Origin: an uncultured Desulfatitalea sp.
GTDB lineage: Bacteria > Desulfobacterota > Desulfobacteria > Desulfobacterales > Desulfosarcinaceae
Length of the DNA stretch: 64,000 nucleotides
Reading direction: 5' to 3'
Assembly: GCA_963668675.2 (NCBI GenBank)
Contig: CAXXMB010000002.1
Span: 1,920,001-1,984,000 of the forward strand
The position numbers were made by a program, and so were the translations under genes. Below the pieces are notes generated by a model, which was not told the DNA's origin, did no database searches, and saw only the letters and a list, made by a program, of their open reading frames with translations. Shown one piece after another: positions 1 through 9,724 of the stretch (position 1 is the stretch's first letter; the number at the start of each line of letters is the position of its first letter).

Positions 1-1840
1 TGAGTTCAATCTGCTTTAAATAAGTCAGTCGGTTGTCGATCCCATCAACCGTCTTTGCCACCTCAGTGAGAATCCGGTAAAAAAAACTCCTCCCGATCAC
101 CGAAGCAATCCTGATAAGCTCACGTGTATTTTCATCGAGCCGGTCAATCCTGGCCATCAGTACATCATTAATGGTGTGGGGAATTACCATTTTTTCTATC
201 TTTTCAGTGACCTTAAACTCGCCATTCGCCTTAACCACGGCCCCTTCATCAATAAACGACCGCACCACTTCTTCAATGAAAAAAGGATTTCCGCCCGAAC
301 GCAGAATGATCTGATCAACAACTGAATGTTGCAGGCCTCTGATATTCAGCATATTGTTAATAAGCATTTCGCTCATTTGTTCGTTTAACGGTTGCAGGTT
401 GATTTCAACATAATAGACCGGAAGGTTTTCTTTGACGCTTTTTATAATTCTGTCGCCGGTTTTCGGATGATTGGGCCGAAACACATTGATAAACAGAATC
501 CGCTGGGTTTCTGCAAGCCGGAACAGGGATTCAAGGAGTTCAATCGAGCTGGTATCCGCCCAGTGAAGGTCCTCTATAACAATCACTATCGGTGACAGCT
601 CAGTTGATTGGATTAATAGATCCCGTACATTTTTAAAAATCAGCTTTTCAAGTGCTTCTCCTTCAATGCCCTTCACCCTTTCTGCATGTCTGCCGGAAAG
701 CTTCATGCCCATCAGTGTTGCCACAAAAGGAAGGATTTCATTCGTATCCTCTTGACATACACTTCTGATTGCTGTTTCCAGTTTGTTCAATGCGGTCGCC
801 GGAGTATCTTCTTCTTTAATATTAGCCCAGTTCTTTAATAGATTGATAATAGGATAAAAATTTAAATTTCTGCCAATGAAGATGGCCCTGCCTTCAAGGA
901 AGGTAACACGGCCTACCACATCCCGGTTTTTTAACTCGGCAATCAGCCTTGATTTACCGATACCTGCCTCGCCGATTACATTGGCTACAGATCCCTCTCC
1001 GCTAGCAGCTTTAATGACTTGAAGTTCAAGCTTGGTAAGATCTTGATCTCTTCCCACCATTTCAGAAAAGATCTGCCGCTCAACGCCCTGATGGAGCTTG
1101 TTAGCGTTGGCTTTAATGAGCCCATATACATTTAAAAGTTCTTCTTTGCCTTTAACCTTTGCCTCACCTAAAGATTTAAAATCGAATTGTTGAACGGCCT
1201 GCTTGTAAGTGGTTGGCGAAACCAGAATTGCCCCTGGTTCCGCCATGCTCTCCATTCTGGCTGCTAAGTTGGTGGTATCGCCTATGGCAGTATAGTCCAT
1301 TCTGAGATCGTCGCCGATGGAACCTACGATCACCGGCCCTGTATTAAGCCCGATCCGCATCTTGAAATCCAATCCAAACTTTGTTTTCAGCTCTTCACTG
1401 TATTTCTTCATGGCGCTTTGTATAGATAGGGAAGCCTGGCAGGCATTTTGGGCATGGTTTTCAATGGCCACCGGCGCACCAAACAAGGCCATAACGCCGT
1501 CTCCGGTGAACTGATTAATCGTTCCCTGGTGATTGTGGATTTCATCCATCAGGATCTTGAAACACCCGTCCATGATCTGATGGACTTGTTCCGGGTCAAG
1601 TTTCTCCGAGATGGATGTAAAACCAGCCACATCGGCAAAAAGCACAGTCACCCGTTTTCGCTCGCCCTCCATAGCGCTTCGAGTGGTCAGGATCTTGTCT
1701 GCAAGGAATTTGGGGGTATAGGAATGGGGTTTACTGAAATCAATCGATAGTGTTTCTTCTGGTGTCAGCAGATTGTGGCCGCATTCCATACAGAATTTTG
1801 CATCTTCAGGATGTTCGTGCTGGCATTTCGGGCATTTCAT
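1..1840 (-). CDS. Class III adenylate/guanylate cyclase with N-terminal zinc ribbon and AAA-ATPase domain (runs off the left edge)
   Basis: Translated by hand. Starts MKCPKCQHEHPEDAKFCMECG at the ATG at 1840, followed by EGERKRVTVLFADVAGFT, QFTGDGVMALFGAP, a P-loop GEAGIGKS and GGNPFFIEE. Absent from the ORF track because its stop lies outside the window. Confidence 0.9.
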   Translation of the reverse strand, partial: MKCPKCQHEHPEDAKFCMECGHNLLTPEETLSIDFSKPHSYTPKFLADKILTTRSAMEGERKRVTVLFADVAGFTSISEKLDPEQVHQIMDGCFKILMDEIHNHQGTINQFTGDGVMALFGAPVAIENHAQNACQASLSIQSAMKKYSEELKTKFGLDFKMRIGLNTGPVIVGSIGDDLRMDYTAIGDTTNLAARMESMAEPGAILVSPTTYKQAVQQFDFKSLGEAKVKGKEELLNVYGLIKANANKLHQGVERQIFSEMVGRDQDLTKLELQVIKAASGEGSVANVIGEAGIGKSRLIAELKNRDVVGRVTFLEGRAIFIGRNLNFYPIINLLKNWANIKEEDTPATALNKLETAIRSVCQEDTNEILPFVATLMGMKLSGRHAERVKGIEGEALEKLIFKNVRDLLIQSTELSPIVIVIEDLHWADTSSIELLESLFRLAETQRILFINVFRPNHPKTGDRIIKSVKENLPVYYVEINLQPLNEQMSEMLINNMLNIRGLQHSVVDQIILRSGGNPFFIEEVVRSFIDEGAVVKANGEFKVTEKIEKMVIPHTINDVLMARIDRLDENTRELIRIASVIGRSFFYRILTEVAKTVDGIDNRLTYLKQIEL

Positions 1841-2222
1841 TTTTAATCACCAGGGTCGGAATTGTTCTATTAATTTTTCAAAGAGAAAAATATGAACAAA
1901 AATATAAACCTGGGCGGGAGTACTGGTCGAATTAGATTTGCATATTAAAGAACTTTAAAAGTAGAGGAAATGAATTTATCCTGCCCTGCATGGATAGATT
2001 GTGGATAGCTTAGGCCGTAACAACAGAATTTGTCAAGAATTCCTTCTCGTTAGACATTTAAGGATGGTAGAGTCGCTTCTCAACCACTGCAGCTTGCTTG
2101 CTATCATTAGTGTTCGGTAACCGGACACTAATGAAGAGCGCTGATAAAATATTTTGGGATAGATAGAAGGGATTTATCTCTTCAAGTTGGAAATGCGTTT
2201 GGAATCTACAAATCAGGAAAAT

Positions 2223-2260
2223 AAAAAGGGCTTAGATTTTTTAACTAAGCCCTTGTTTTT
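2223..2260 (-). terminator. Intrinsic terminator downstream of the tRNA-Glu fragment
   Basis: AAGGGCTTAG/CTAAGCCCTT inverted repeat flanked by A and T runs. Confidence 0.75.
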
Positions 2261-2265
2261 ATTGT

Positions 2266-2314
2266 TGGTGATCCCAAGGGGACTTGAACCCCTGTTACCG
2301 GCGTGAGAGGCCAG
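2266..2314 (-). tRNA. 3' half of tRNA-Glu(CTC); attachment-site remnant, not a full tRNA
   Basis: Reverse complement CTGGC-CTCTCAC-GCCGG-TAAC-AGGGG-TTCAAGT-CCCCT-TGGGATC-ACCA gives the anticodon arm (CTC), T arm, acceptor 3' strand and CCA. No 5' half or D arm is present. Confidence 0.88.
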
Positions 2315-2799
2315 ATATTGAAATCAACATAACATCTTGAAATGACCCAATTCTTCATACTTATCAAAATGTTATGCATCCTTCTGTTGAGTTCATTGTG
2401 TTCATTATCCAACAAGAAGTTCATGGCTGCGTGCAGAATATAGTCATACTTTTCACCATACCTACCAAAAAAATATGGCATTGATCTCTCCTTTTTTGTT
2501 GATCCATCCAGCGCCCGATAGGCATTTCCTTATCGACTAACAAATTCAAATTTCTTCCAGCATGGTCTTCAATTAATTTGCCAAGGTTCATGTCCACCTT
2601 TGTCCACTTACGTTTTAGAAAATTGTATGATTTATTTAAATCCAGAGTTAGCACCATTCGAAGACGGGGTGGAGGCCTCCTTGGCTGGAACCTAAGATAT
2701 CCAACAGGACTGGTGCGCGAACTCAAGCCGACTTCTATCCTGAATGCAGTGAAAAGGTGAAAGTACCTGCGTCTTTCGGGCTGTCGCTATCTTCCAGAT

Positions 2800-2831
2800 A
2801 CCGGCCGGATATCTACCGAGCCGGTTTTTTT
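2800..2831 (+). terminator. Intrinsic terminator in the leader of the P4-type helicase gene
   Basis: ACCGGC...GCCGGT stem followed by a T run. Confidence 0.65.
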
Positions 2832-2879
2832 ATGCTCTATCTACAACATAGGAGGCAAAGAGAACTCGCGGTCCATTGA

Positions 2880-2906
2880 GGGACAAATGGGACTGATGGG
2901 ACAAAT
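2880..2906 (+). repeat. Three tandem 9-bp repeats containing GGGAC
   Basis: GGGACAAAT GGGACTGAT GGGACAAAT. Confidence 0.7.
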
Positions 2907-2970
2907 CTATCAACAACTTTTTATTTTTCTAACCGGGGGTCGCTGATGACCCCCATTTCATTAAAGGAGC

Positions 2971-4425
2971 ATGTTTATGGTTACTAAAGACAATTTGGAA
3001 AAACGTTTGGACCAAGTCGCGGAGGTCTCTGCCGTGGAACAGGCGTTGGAAGTCGCTGGTAAGGATCAAGTTCCGCCGGACACTATAGAGGAACAGACAC
3101 CGTCGGACGATGCCGAAAAAGGGGCGCCCAATGATGATCCTCAGCCAAAATCATCCAATGACCTGGGTAACGCCGAAAGACTGGTCGAGAGATTCGGCCA
3201 TGAGATTCGGTTCTGCCCAGAAACCAAACGCTGGTACGTGTATCGTCAGGGTCGATGGATTCAAGATTCTGGCGGTAGATTGTTCAGGATGGCCTTCAAG
3301 ATCGCTAAAAGTACAAAGGAAGAAAAGCTGGCCTCCAAGGGGGGGCTGAAAGCAATGATTGAACTGGCCAGATGGTTTCCAGGCATCTGCGTTCCTGTCG
3401 GGGAAATGGATAGCAACCCATGGTTGCTGAACTGCCAGAACAATACCCTCGACCTTCGGACCGGAGATCTGAGGCCCCATGACCCAAGCGACTTGATTAC
3501 AAAGATCTTGCCGGTCAACTACGAGCCGGATGCCACTTGTCCTACCTGGGAGGCAACCATCCATAAAATCATGGGTGGTGATGAAGAAAAAATTGGCTTC
3601 CTTAAGCGGGTCTTTGGTTATGGAATGACCGGGGTTATCACTGAACAATGTCTGTTTGTGCTTTATGGCTCAGGAGCCAATGGGAAGTCAACAATCCTGG
3701 AAGTCTTCCGAGAACTTCTGTCTGGCTACGCCATGCATACAACCACGGCTTCGTTGCTTGGGTCGTCTGGGTCACCGATTAGAAACGATCTGGCCCGGCT
3801 CAATGGTTCACGGTTTGTATCGGCATCGGAAGTCGGCATGGGGAAAAAGCTCGATGAGGCCCTGATCAAGCAGCTTACCGGCGGGGACCAAGTGACCGCC
3901 CGCTTCTTGTACAATGAGTTCTTCGAATACAAGCCAGAATTCAAGTTGTTTATCGCGGCCAACCACAAGCCGGAAATCCAAGGCGTCGATCACGGCATCT
4001 GGCGCCGCATCCATCTGATCCCCTTCCATGTGACGATTCCGACCGAGGAAATTGACAGGGATCTCCCCAGCAAACTGCGGGCGGAGCTTCCTGGGATTCT
4101 TGCCTGGGCGGTCAAAGGCTGCCGTGAGTGGCAGGAGCAGGGATTGAACGTGCCTGCTTCAATTTTCAATGCCACCGCCGCCTATCGTTCCGAGATGGAC
4201 ATTATCGCCGAATTTCTTACCGACTGTTGCACTTTGCAAACCAGCGAGAAAACGCCATTGGGAACTCTATATGCTGCATACGCGGAGTGGGCCGGCAATG
4301 CCTGCCAGGACGCCGTGGGCAAAAAAATCTTCGGGAACCTGATGCGCCAAAAGGGTTATGATCAGTCTAAAAGCGGTGGTGTACGTTATTGGAATGGTCT
4401 CAAGCTGGACGCTAATCAGCAGTAA
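2971..4425 (+). CDS. P4-family phage/plasmid primase C-terminal region (D5-like SF3 helicase); no primase domain
   Basis: D5_N-like NDLGNAERLVERFG, LLNCQNNTLDLRTG, Walker A GSGANGKST, IKQLTGGDQVTARFLY, GIWRRIHLIPF. Confidence 0.92.
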   Translation: MFMVTKDNLEKRLDQVAEVSAVEQALEVAGKDQVPPDTIEEQTPSDDAEKGAPNDDPQPKSSNDLGNAERLVERFGHEIRFCPETKRWYVYRQGRWIQDSGGRLFRMAFKIAKSTKEEKLASKGGLKAMIELARWFPGICVPVGEMDSNPWLLNCQNNTLDLRTGDLRPHDPSDLITKILPVNYEPDATCPTWEATIHKIMGGDEEKIGFLKRVFGYGMTGVITEQCLFVLYGSGANGKSTILEVFRELLSGYAMHTTTASLLGSSGSPIRNDLARLNGSRFVSASEVGMGKKLDEALIKQLTGGDQVTARFLYNEFFEYKPEFKLFIAANHKPEIQGVDHGIWRRIHLIPFHVTIPTEEIDRDLPSKLRAELPGILAWAVKGCREWQEQGLNVPASIFNATAAYRSEMDIIAEFLTDCCTLQTSEKTPLGTLYAAYAEWAGNACQDAVGKKIFGNLMRQKGYDQSKSGGVRYWNGLKLDANQQ

Positions 4426-4453
4426 CGAATATCAACATTCAGTGTAGGCAATT

Positions 4454-4479
4454 GCGGCTCCCGCATGGGGGCCTTTTTT
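4454..4479 (+). terminator. Intrinsic terminator
   Basis: GGCTCCC-GCAT-GGGGGCC hairpin followed by a T run. Confidence 0.65.
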
Positions 4480-4617
4480 GTTTCAACAATCTGAAATCTC
4501 CGAAGGGGGTGGTCGAATTGAGTGTTTAAGCCTTATCGAAAAGTATTAATTGGTGGGCCGATCCGATTTCCGGGTCGGCCTTTTTGTTTACATTGTTTTA
4601 CGAAAGGAAATTCAATT

Positions 4618-6135
4618 ATGGATCAATCACAAACAGTCGACCAAAAGGGTCGCGAAGTACAACATGAAGACATTATAACTGATATGCCTGCAACTAACAC
4701 AGGCGTTATACCGGATACGACTACCCCCCCGACAGTGTTCGCGGGGAATTCCGATCCTATCAATCAATTCATCGAATGGCCGGTTATTCGGCCTGATGGG
4801 GCGTTGCAACCGATACAATATCCAGCAGTCGGTCATCTACTGTCCAATGGGGTCGACCCCGGTAATATTCAGGCAGCTAATCTGACTTTCATGGCCATGC
4901 TGTCTGCCCGATTGGGATATCCCATTTCTGCCATGCTCGAGCCGGATGACGCCCAGGGAGCTGTTCAGCTACTGGACCAATGCCTAAAAATCGTTCCGGC
5001 GGATGCGGTCATCGAGTTTCCGGAGCTCAGGCCCGAACACCTTTACATAGATGGTGGAAGGCGACTCGACGGCAAGTGCATCATCAGTCCAATCGAAAAT
5101 GGTTTTGGCAAGGCTTCCCGGGATCTGGAACTGATTCTCACCCGCGGCCATACAATCAGTCAGGAAGTTGCTAAGGGCAAATACGAGGTTGGACTGTCCG
5201 AACATCGATCCGCGATGCACGTGTCAGTACTCGGCATTAATGGCGGCAAGCCTGGTAAAGGGCTCAGCCTCCCTTCAGTGCTAAAAATTCCTGTCGGCAC
5301 CAACCCGGGGGCCATACTACCCGGCAGGCCTGACGTATTCGAACGATATGGCTTGATTCGTTCGCCGCTGTTCAAGCTGCGAAAAACCTTTCAACGGTTA
5401 AGGGCACAGCCGGTTGCCATTCCCTACGAACAGCAACTGGCCACGGCCTTGATTGAAAGTGGTAGCGACCATGTGCTCGAAAAGATAGCTATTCTGAAAA
5501 ATCTGGTTTCTATCTGTGCCATTGTCAGCAATCCCCATCCAGTCGAGATGGCCGAACTGGGAGCTATGATTTATAGCACCGATGAAAACGAGGTCAGACG
5601 CTGGCTTATCGATTCGGGTCTCGCAAAAGGTCCGCAACCGATAACCAGTGAACCGATCGTCGCTACGAAGGTCGATTATTACCTGGCCCGCCTGCTACTC
5701 GATGGGGTCCTGCTATCCGGCCCCACGCGCTATACCGATCGCCAACGACAGGTTTTCGAGACGGTCAAGGCCATCAACATGGGGAAGATGAGCACATCGA
5801 TCCTTACAAAAGGGGATGAGGTTGAAACCCTGGCCGCCATATCAAGAAGTTCCGGCTGTTGGGCTACCCGTGAAAAAGTATTCGAGGAGATCAACAAGAC
5901 CGGCTATGTTTTTTCATTGTCCAGCGTGAATAAGGACCTTGCAACTCTCCTTGAACTGGGAGTACTTGAGCGCGCTAAACCGGTCAAGAGTCGCTTTTAC
6001 GGCTACTATATCACCACGAGCACATTGAGCGAAACTATCCAATTGCCAGCGCCTAATACTATCCAGGACCCAGTATATGAGGGAAAGGATGTACTGGTTG
6101 TCAATCCGTTCACCGGAGAGGTCGAGAAAATTTGA
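4618..6135 (+). CDS. Hypothetical protein resembling a degenerate AAA+ ATPase with a C-terminal winged helix
   Basis: Long ORF with AAGGA upstream of the ATG at 4618. Layout resembles mobile-element AAA+ domains but there is no GK[ST]. wHTH-like C-terminus SLSSVNKDLATLLELGVLER. Confidence 0.6.
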   Translation: MDQSQTVDQKGREVQHEDIITDMPATNTGVIPDTTTPPTVFAGNSDPINQFIEWPVIRPDGALQPIQYPAVGHLLSNGVDPGNIQAANLTFMAMLSARLGYPISAMLEPDDAQGAVQLLDQCLKIVPADAVIEFPELRPEHLYIDGGRRLDGKCIISPIENGFGKASRDLELILTRGHTISQEVAKGKYEVGLSEHRSAMHVSVLGINGGKPGKGLSLPSVLKIPVGTNPGAILPGRPDVFERYGLIRSPLFKLRKTFQRLRAQPVAIPYEQQLATALIESGSDHVLEKIAILKNLVSICAIVSNPHPVEMAELGAMIYSTDENEVRRWLIDSGLAKGPQPITSEPIVATKVDYYLARLLLDGVLLSGPTRYTDRQRQVFETVKAINMGKMSTSILTKGDEVETLAAISRSSGCWATREKVFEEINKTGYVFSLSSVNKDLATLLELGVLERAKPVKSRFYGYYITTSTLSETIQLPAPNTIQDPVYEGKDVLVVNPFTGEVEKI

Positions 6136-6286
6136 AAATTTAAAGTTTTCTCGATTTTTCCCAGTTTTTGACTAAACCGGTAAAACTTGAAATCCAGCCC
6201 GGCAGGGCATTTGTGGAAGGCCAGTCTCCAAACATGGGGATTGGCCTTTCGCATTTCAAACCAATTCATTTCAAAGGAGAAAATTT

Positions 6287-6754
6287 ATGTTTAACATGTC
6301 GTTTTTGACCAAAGGGAACTATCCCTACCTTATCGAAGCTTGTCCATCTTGGGATAATGATCCTCCGTATCCCACGCATACCCATGGCCTGTATGAAATT
6401 GGATTGCCAGAATTTATCATGGCCCCCTTATCGTTCGGCGGGGAAGGCAATGCGCAAAGGATCAATTCAGCGTATGACCATTTGATCGATCCGAAAAACG
6501 CACAGAATTTGGCAGCCGTCCTCAATGGGCAGGTCGTCCAACTTACCGGACCACAACTCGATCCAATATATATGAAAGATGATCCGTACGTTTATTGTCT
6601 TCGTGAAGTGCCGGCAAGTTTTGAGGCTGTCAGACAGGCATACGGATCCGGGGTCGCACATCTTGATCCACCCATGCAGTTCATACAGATCTGGATTGAT
6701 GGGGATGATTACGCCCTGACCGATGAATATTACCGGGGAGGTGTAGCATGGTAA
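6287..6754 (+). CDS. DUF4262-like protein
   Basis: THTHGLYEIGLPEFIM motif; AAGGAG RBS. Confidence 0.55.
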   Translation: MFNMSFLTKGNYPYLIEACPSWDNDPPYPTHTHGLYEIGLPEFIMAPLSFGGEGNAQRINSAYDHLIDPKNAQNLAAVLNGQVVQLTGPQLDPIYMKDDPYVYCLREVPASFEAVRQAYGSGVAHLDPPMQFIQIWIDGDDYALTDEYYRGGVAW

Positions 6755-7560
6755 AAAAATACAAGGCATCTCTAAGTAGTAATACTTCCCATGGCACCCG
6801 AGAATGGTCTGTCAAGACAATCAACTGCTGCACGGGTTGTTCTCACGATTGCGTGTATTGCTATGCCAAGGAGATGGGCGCCCGCTTCGGGTGGACCACA
6901 GAAAAGACCTGGCCACTGGAGCAAGTAAGGCAAAAAGACGTCTATAGGGTTTACGAGAAATACGATGGACAGGTCATGTTTCCCTCATCTCACGACATCA
7001 CACCGGCCAATCTCAATGCTTGCGAAATTGTTCTTGGCCGTCTTTTGGATGCCGGAAATAAAGTGCTGGTAGTATCGAAACCCCATCTCACATGCATCGA
7101 GTCACTTTGCACACTATTTCAATGGTATCGCGAAAATATCATATTCCGGTTTTCTATTGGCGCCCTCGATAATCGCATTCTTTCATTTTGGGAGCCGAAT
7201 GCCCCAAGCTATGATGAGCGCAAGCAGTGTTTGATCCACGCCTGCCAGGCCGGATTTCAAACATCGGTAAGTGTCGAGCCCATGCTCGATTCTGCCAATA
7301 TAGACGCGCTTGTAAGCGATTTGTCTCCCTATGTGACCCATTCGATATGGATCGGTACGATGAACCACCTGGGGCGTTTAGAGAAGCATGCAGACGCTGA
7401 TTTGAAAAGGGCAGTTGAACGGATTCGCAGGGGACAGAGCGATACGATCATCAAGTCTATTTACGATCGTCACAAGAATAATAAGATGATCAGATGGAAG
7501 AAGGAAATTAAAAAAATCGTCGGTATTCCATTTCCAAAGCAAAACGGGCTGGATATTTAA
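6748..7560 (+). CDS. Radical SAM protein, spore-photoproduct-lyase-like
   Basis: GCSHDCVYCYA (CxxxCxxC), WEPNAPSYDERK, SVSVEPML. Confidence 0.8.
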   Translation: MVKKYKASLSSNTSHGTREWSVKTINCCTGCSHDCVYCYAKEMGARFGWTTEKTWPLEQVRQKDVYRVYEKYDGQVMFPSSHDITPANLNACEIVLGRLLDAGNKVLVVSKPHLTCIESLCTLFQWYRENIIFRFSIGALDNRILSFWEPNAPSYDERKQCLIHACQAGFQTSVSVEPMLDSANIDALVSDLSPYVTHSIWIGTMNHLGRLEKHADADLKRAVERIRRGQSDTIIKSIYDRHKNNKMIRWKKEIKKIVGIPFPKQNGLDI

Positions 7561-7592
7561 TAGGGCGGCCGCCGATATCCAGAAATATACAA

Positions 7593-7630
7593 GGGGTGAT
7601 CTCCATTAGGGGATTGCCCCATTCTTTTTT
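7593..7630 (+). terminator. Intrinsic terminator
   Basis: GGGGTGATCTCC...GGGGATTGCCCC stem followed by a T run. Confidence 0.65.
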
Positions 7631-7735
7631 GTGCAGACGAGTTAGTAACTGAATACTTCATGCTTCATTCGCAGTAACAAAACAATACAAAGGCAATTAT
7701 CATTGCCACATATTTCATTTATAGGAGGAAACATC

Positions 7736-7903
7736 ATGAGAACGAGTCAATTTTCAAAATCATTAAGCGTGGCGCTGCCACAGGAACACTTCGATCTGAT
7801 TAAAAGGATTACTGACGAAGAACAGATCAGCATGGCTGAGTGGGTCAGAAAAGCTGTATCAGCGGCGCTGAACGATATTAAATGGAAGGAGGATACAATG
7901 TAA
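7736..7903 (+). CDS. Ribbon-helix-helix (CopG-like) regulator
   Basis: SLSVALPQEHFDLIKRITDEEQISMAEWVRKAV; GGAGG RBS; TAATG coupling to the next gene. Confidence 0.75.
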   Translation: MRTSQFSKSLSVALPQEHFDLIKRITDEEQISMAEWVRKAVSAALNDIKWKEDTM

Positions 7904-9711
7904 TGGCTACCAAAGAAATCGCACTGCAATACCTGGGCAAAGGACTTTCAGTAATACCGCTTATCAGTCCATCGATGGCATCAAAAAACTTATCAGAGGA
8001 GGAATTTATTCGGAAATGCAAAACCCCATTGGTCGGATGGAAAGAATACCAAAAGCGCCTTCCAACAGAAGAGGAGGTTTCTGCATGGTTTGGAAAATGG
8101 CCTGATGCCAATATAGGGATTATCACCGGCAAGGTATCGGGAATCGTCGTTTTCGATCTGGATTCGGATCATGCTGTTGAATATGCCGAAAATGAAGGTG
8201 GGTTTCCAGAGACGGCCAAAGTCAAAACGGGAAAGGGATACCATGTCTATGCAAAACATCCCGGCTTTGAAATCCGAAACGATGTGAAAAAGGAGCTCGA
8301 CCTGGATATTCGTGCGGACGGTGGCTATGTGGTCGCCCCGCCATCTTTCCACGGATCCGGCCGGCAGTATGAATGGGAAGAAGGATATTCAATATTCGAA
8401 ATCGATCCTGCCGAATGTGAGCAATGGATGATCGACTATTTGAAGGAAGTGAACAGTAGCTCCGCAAAGCCTGTGAAGGAAACGACACCCAAACCTTCTG
8501 ACAACCCAAATACGGCAAGTAAGGCAACCACCGACAATCAATATGCGGATATCTTGAAAAACGGTGCTCAACAGGGGCAGAGAAATCATACAGCCACCAG
8601 ACTCATAGGTCACCTGCTTGGTAAAGGCAACGATCTGGAGATGGTCTGGGAAATGGTCAGACAATGGAACATCGCTAAGAACATCCCTCCGGTCGATGAA
8701 ACCGAGCTTTTCAAGACTTTTGAATCGATCAGTAAATTAAACGATAAGAACGGTAAAAGTGACAACAAAAAGAAAGAGATCGATGTCACCGCGTTTCTCG
8801 ATACGGAAAGCAGGATCACCGCGGAATATAACCAGGATTATGTCAAGGTCTCCTTTGCGGGTAAATTGCTTTCAGTGATGGAATCGAAAATGAACGGCGG
8901 ATTGATTGGAGGAAGAATCTATGTGATCGGGGGGATCCCGTCATCGTGCAAGACCGGGCTGATTAACAATATGGCGGACAATATCTGCTTGAATGGTCAT
9001 CCTGTTTTGTTTTTCAGCTATGACGATGGTGCTGCCGAGCTTCGATATAGAACGTATTCGAGATTTTCGGGATTTGAGATCGAAGACTTTAACAATAACA
9101 GGGTCTCCGATTTCGATTTGAAAGCGATATTTCGTAACGACTCTATCTCGGTCATCAGTAAATCGAAATACGTGGTCCAGAATTCGATCAAACTCGATGA
9201 TTGGGCCCAGCTGGTCGACAAGATATCTGCCCGCCACAACAAGGCCCCGGTTATCATGGTCGATTATCTGCGCAAGGTCAAAACTGGTAGCAATCGTTTG
9301 GACGAGCGTCTGCGTGTGGATGAAATCCTGGGCTCTTTAACCGAATTAGCAAAAACGTACAACCTGCCTGTGTTGGTCATCTCGGAGCTATCCCGGGAAT
9401 CATATAAATCCGGTCAGCGCTTAGGAATGACGTCATTTAAAGAGTCAGGAAACATCGAGTATGAGGCATCGTGGTTGGGTATTCTGGCCGCCGTAGAAGA
9501 TGACGGATACACCCTCAAAAGCGACTGGGAACGCATCATCAACCATGACGGCAATATCGATCTCATCGTGTTCAAAGCCAAGCGAGGCACAGGGATGACT
9601 GGAAGGATCCCACTTAAGCTGGACAAATCAAAGATGACCTTAAGGGACCGGATTGAAACGGCCAAAGCAGATACGGTCACGCCGATAACAAAGAAATCAA
9701 AATACGCATAA
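7903..9711 (+). CDS. Bifunctional primase/polymerase (Prim-Pol) + PriCT + DnaB-like helicase fusion
   Basis: NIGIITG..IVVFDLD, KTGKGYHVY, DIRADGGYVVAPPS; GQRNHTATRLIG; Walker-A-like GIPSSCKT, IMVDYL, ISELSR, FKESGNIEYEA. Confidence 0.9.
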   Translation: MATKEIALQYLGKGLSVIPLISPSMASKNLSEEEFIRKCKTPLVGWKEYQKRLPTEEEVSAWFGKWPDANIGIITGKVSGIVVFDLDSDHAVEYAENEGGFPETAKVKTGKGYHVYAKHPGFEIRNDVKKELDLDIRADGGYVVAPPSFHGSGRQYEWEEGYSIFEIDPAECEQWMIDYLKEVNSSSAKPVKETTPKPSDNPNTASKATTDNQYADILKNGAQQGQRNHTATRLIGHLLGKGNDLEMVWEMVRQWNIAKNIPPVDETELFKTFESISKLNDKNGKSDNKKKEIDVTAFLDTESRITAEYNQDYVKVSFAGKLLSVMESKMNGGLIGGRIYVIGGIPSSCKTGLINNMADNICLNGHPVLFFSYDDGAAELRYRTYSRFSGFEIEDFNNNRVSDFDLKAIFRNDSISVISKSKYVVQNSIKLDDWAQLVDKISARHNKAPVIMVDYLRKVKTGSNRLDERLRVDEILGSLTELAKTYNLPVLVISELSRESYKSGQRLGMTSFKESGNIEYEASWLGILAAVEDDGYTLKSDWERIINHDGNIDLIVFKAKRGTGMTGRIPLKLDKSKMTLRDRIETAKADTVTPITKKSKYA

Positions 9712-9724
9712 GGGGGATCTATGA

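Noticed and set aside
392..1935. Short plus-strand ORFs
   Set aside because: They are antisense shadows of the cyclase gene.
1975..1987. TATCCTGCCC resembling the IncP nic site
   Set aside because: Short match with no adjacent inverted repeat, outside the island, and no relaxase is present.
2266..2314. Functional tRNA-Glu gene (likewise tRNA-Gln at 57480-57525)
   Set aside because: Both lack the 5' acceptor strand and the D arm.
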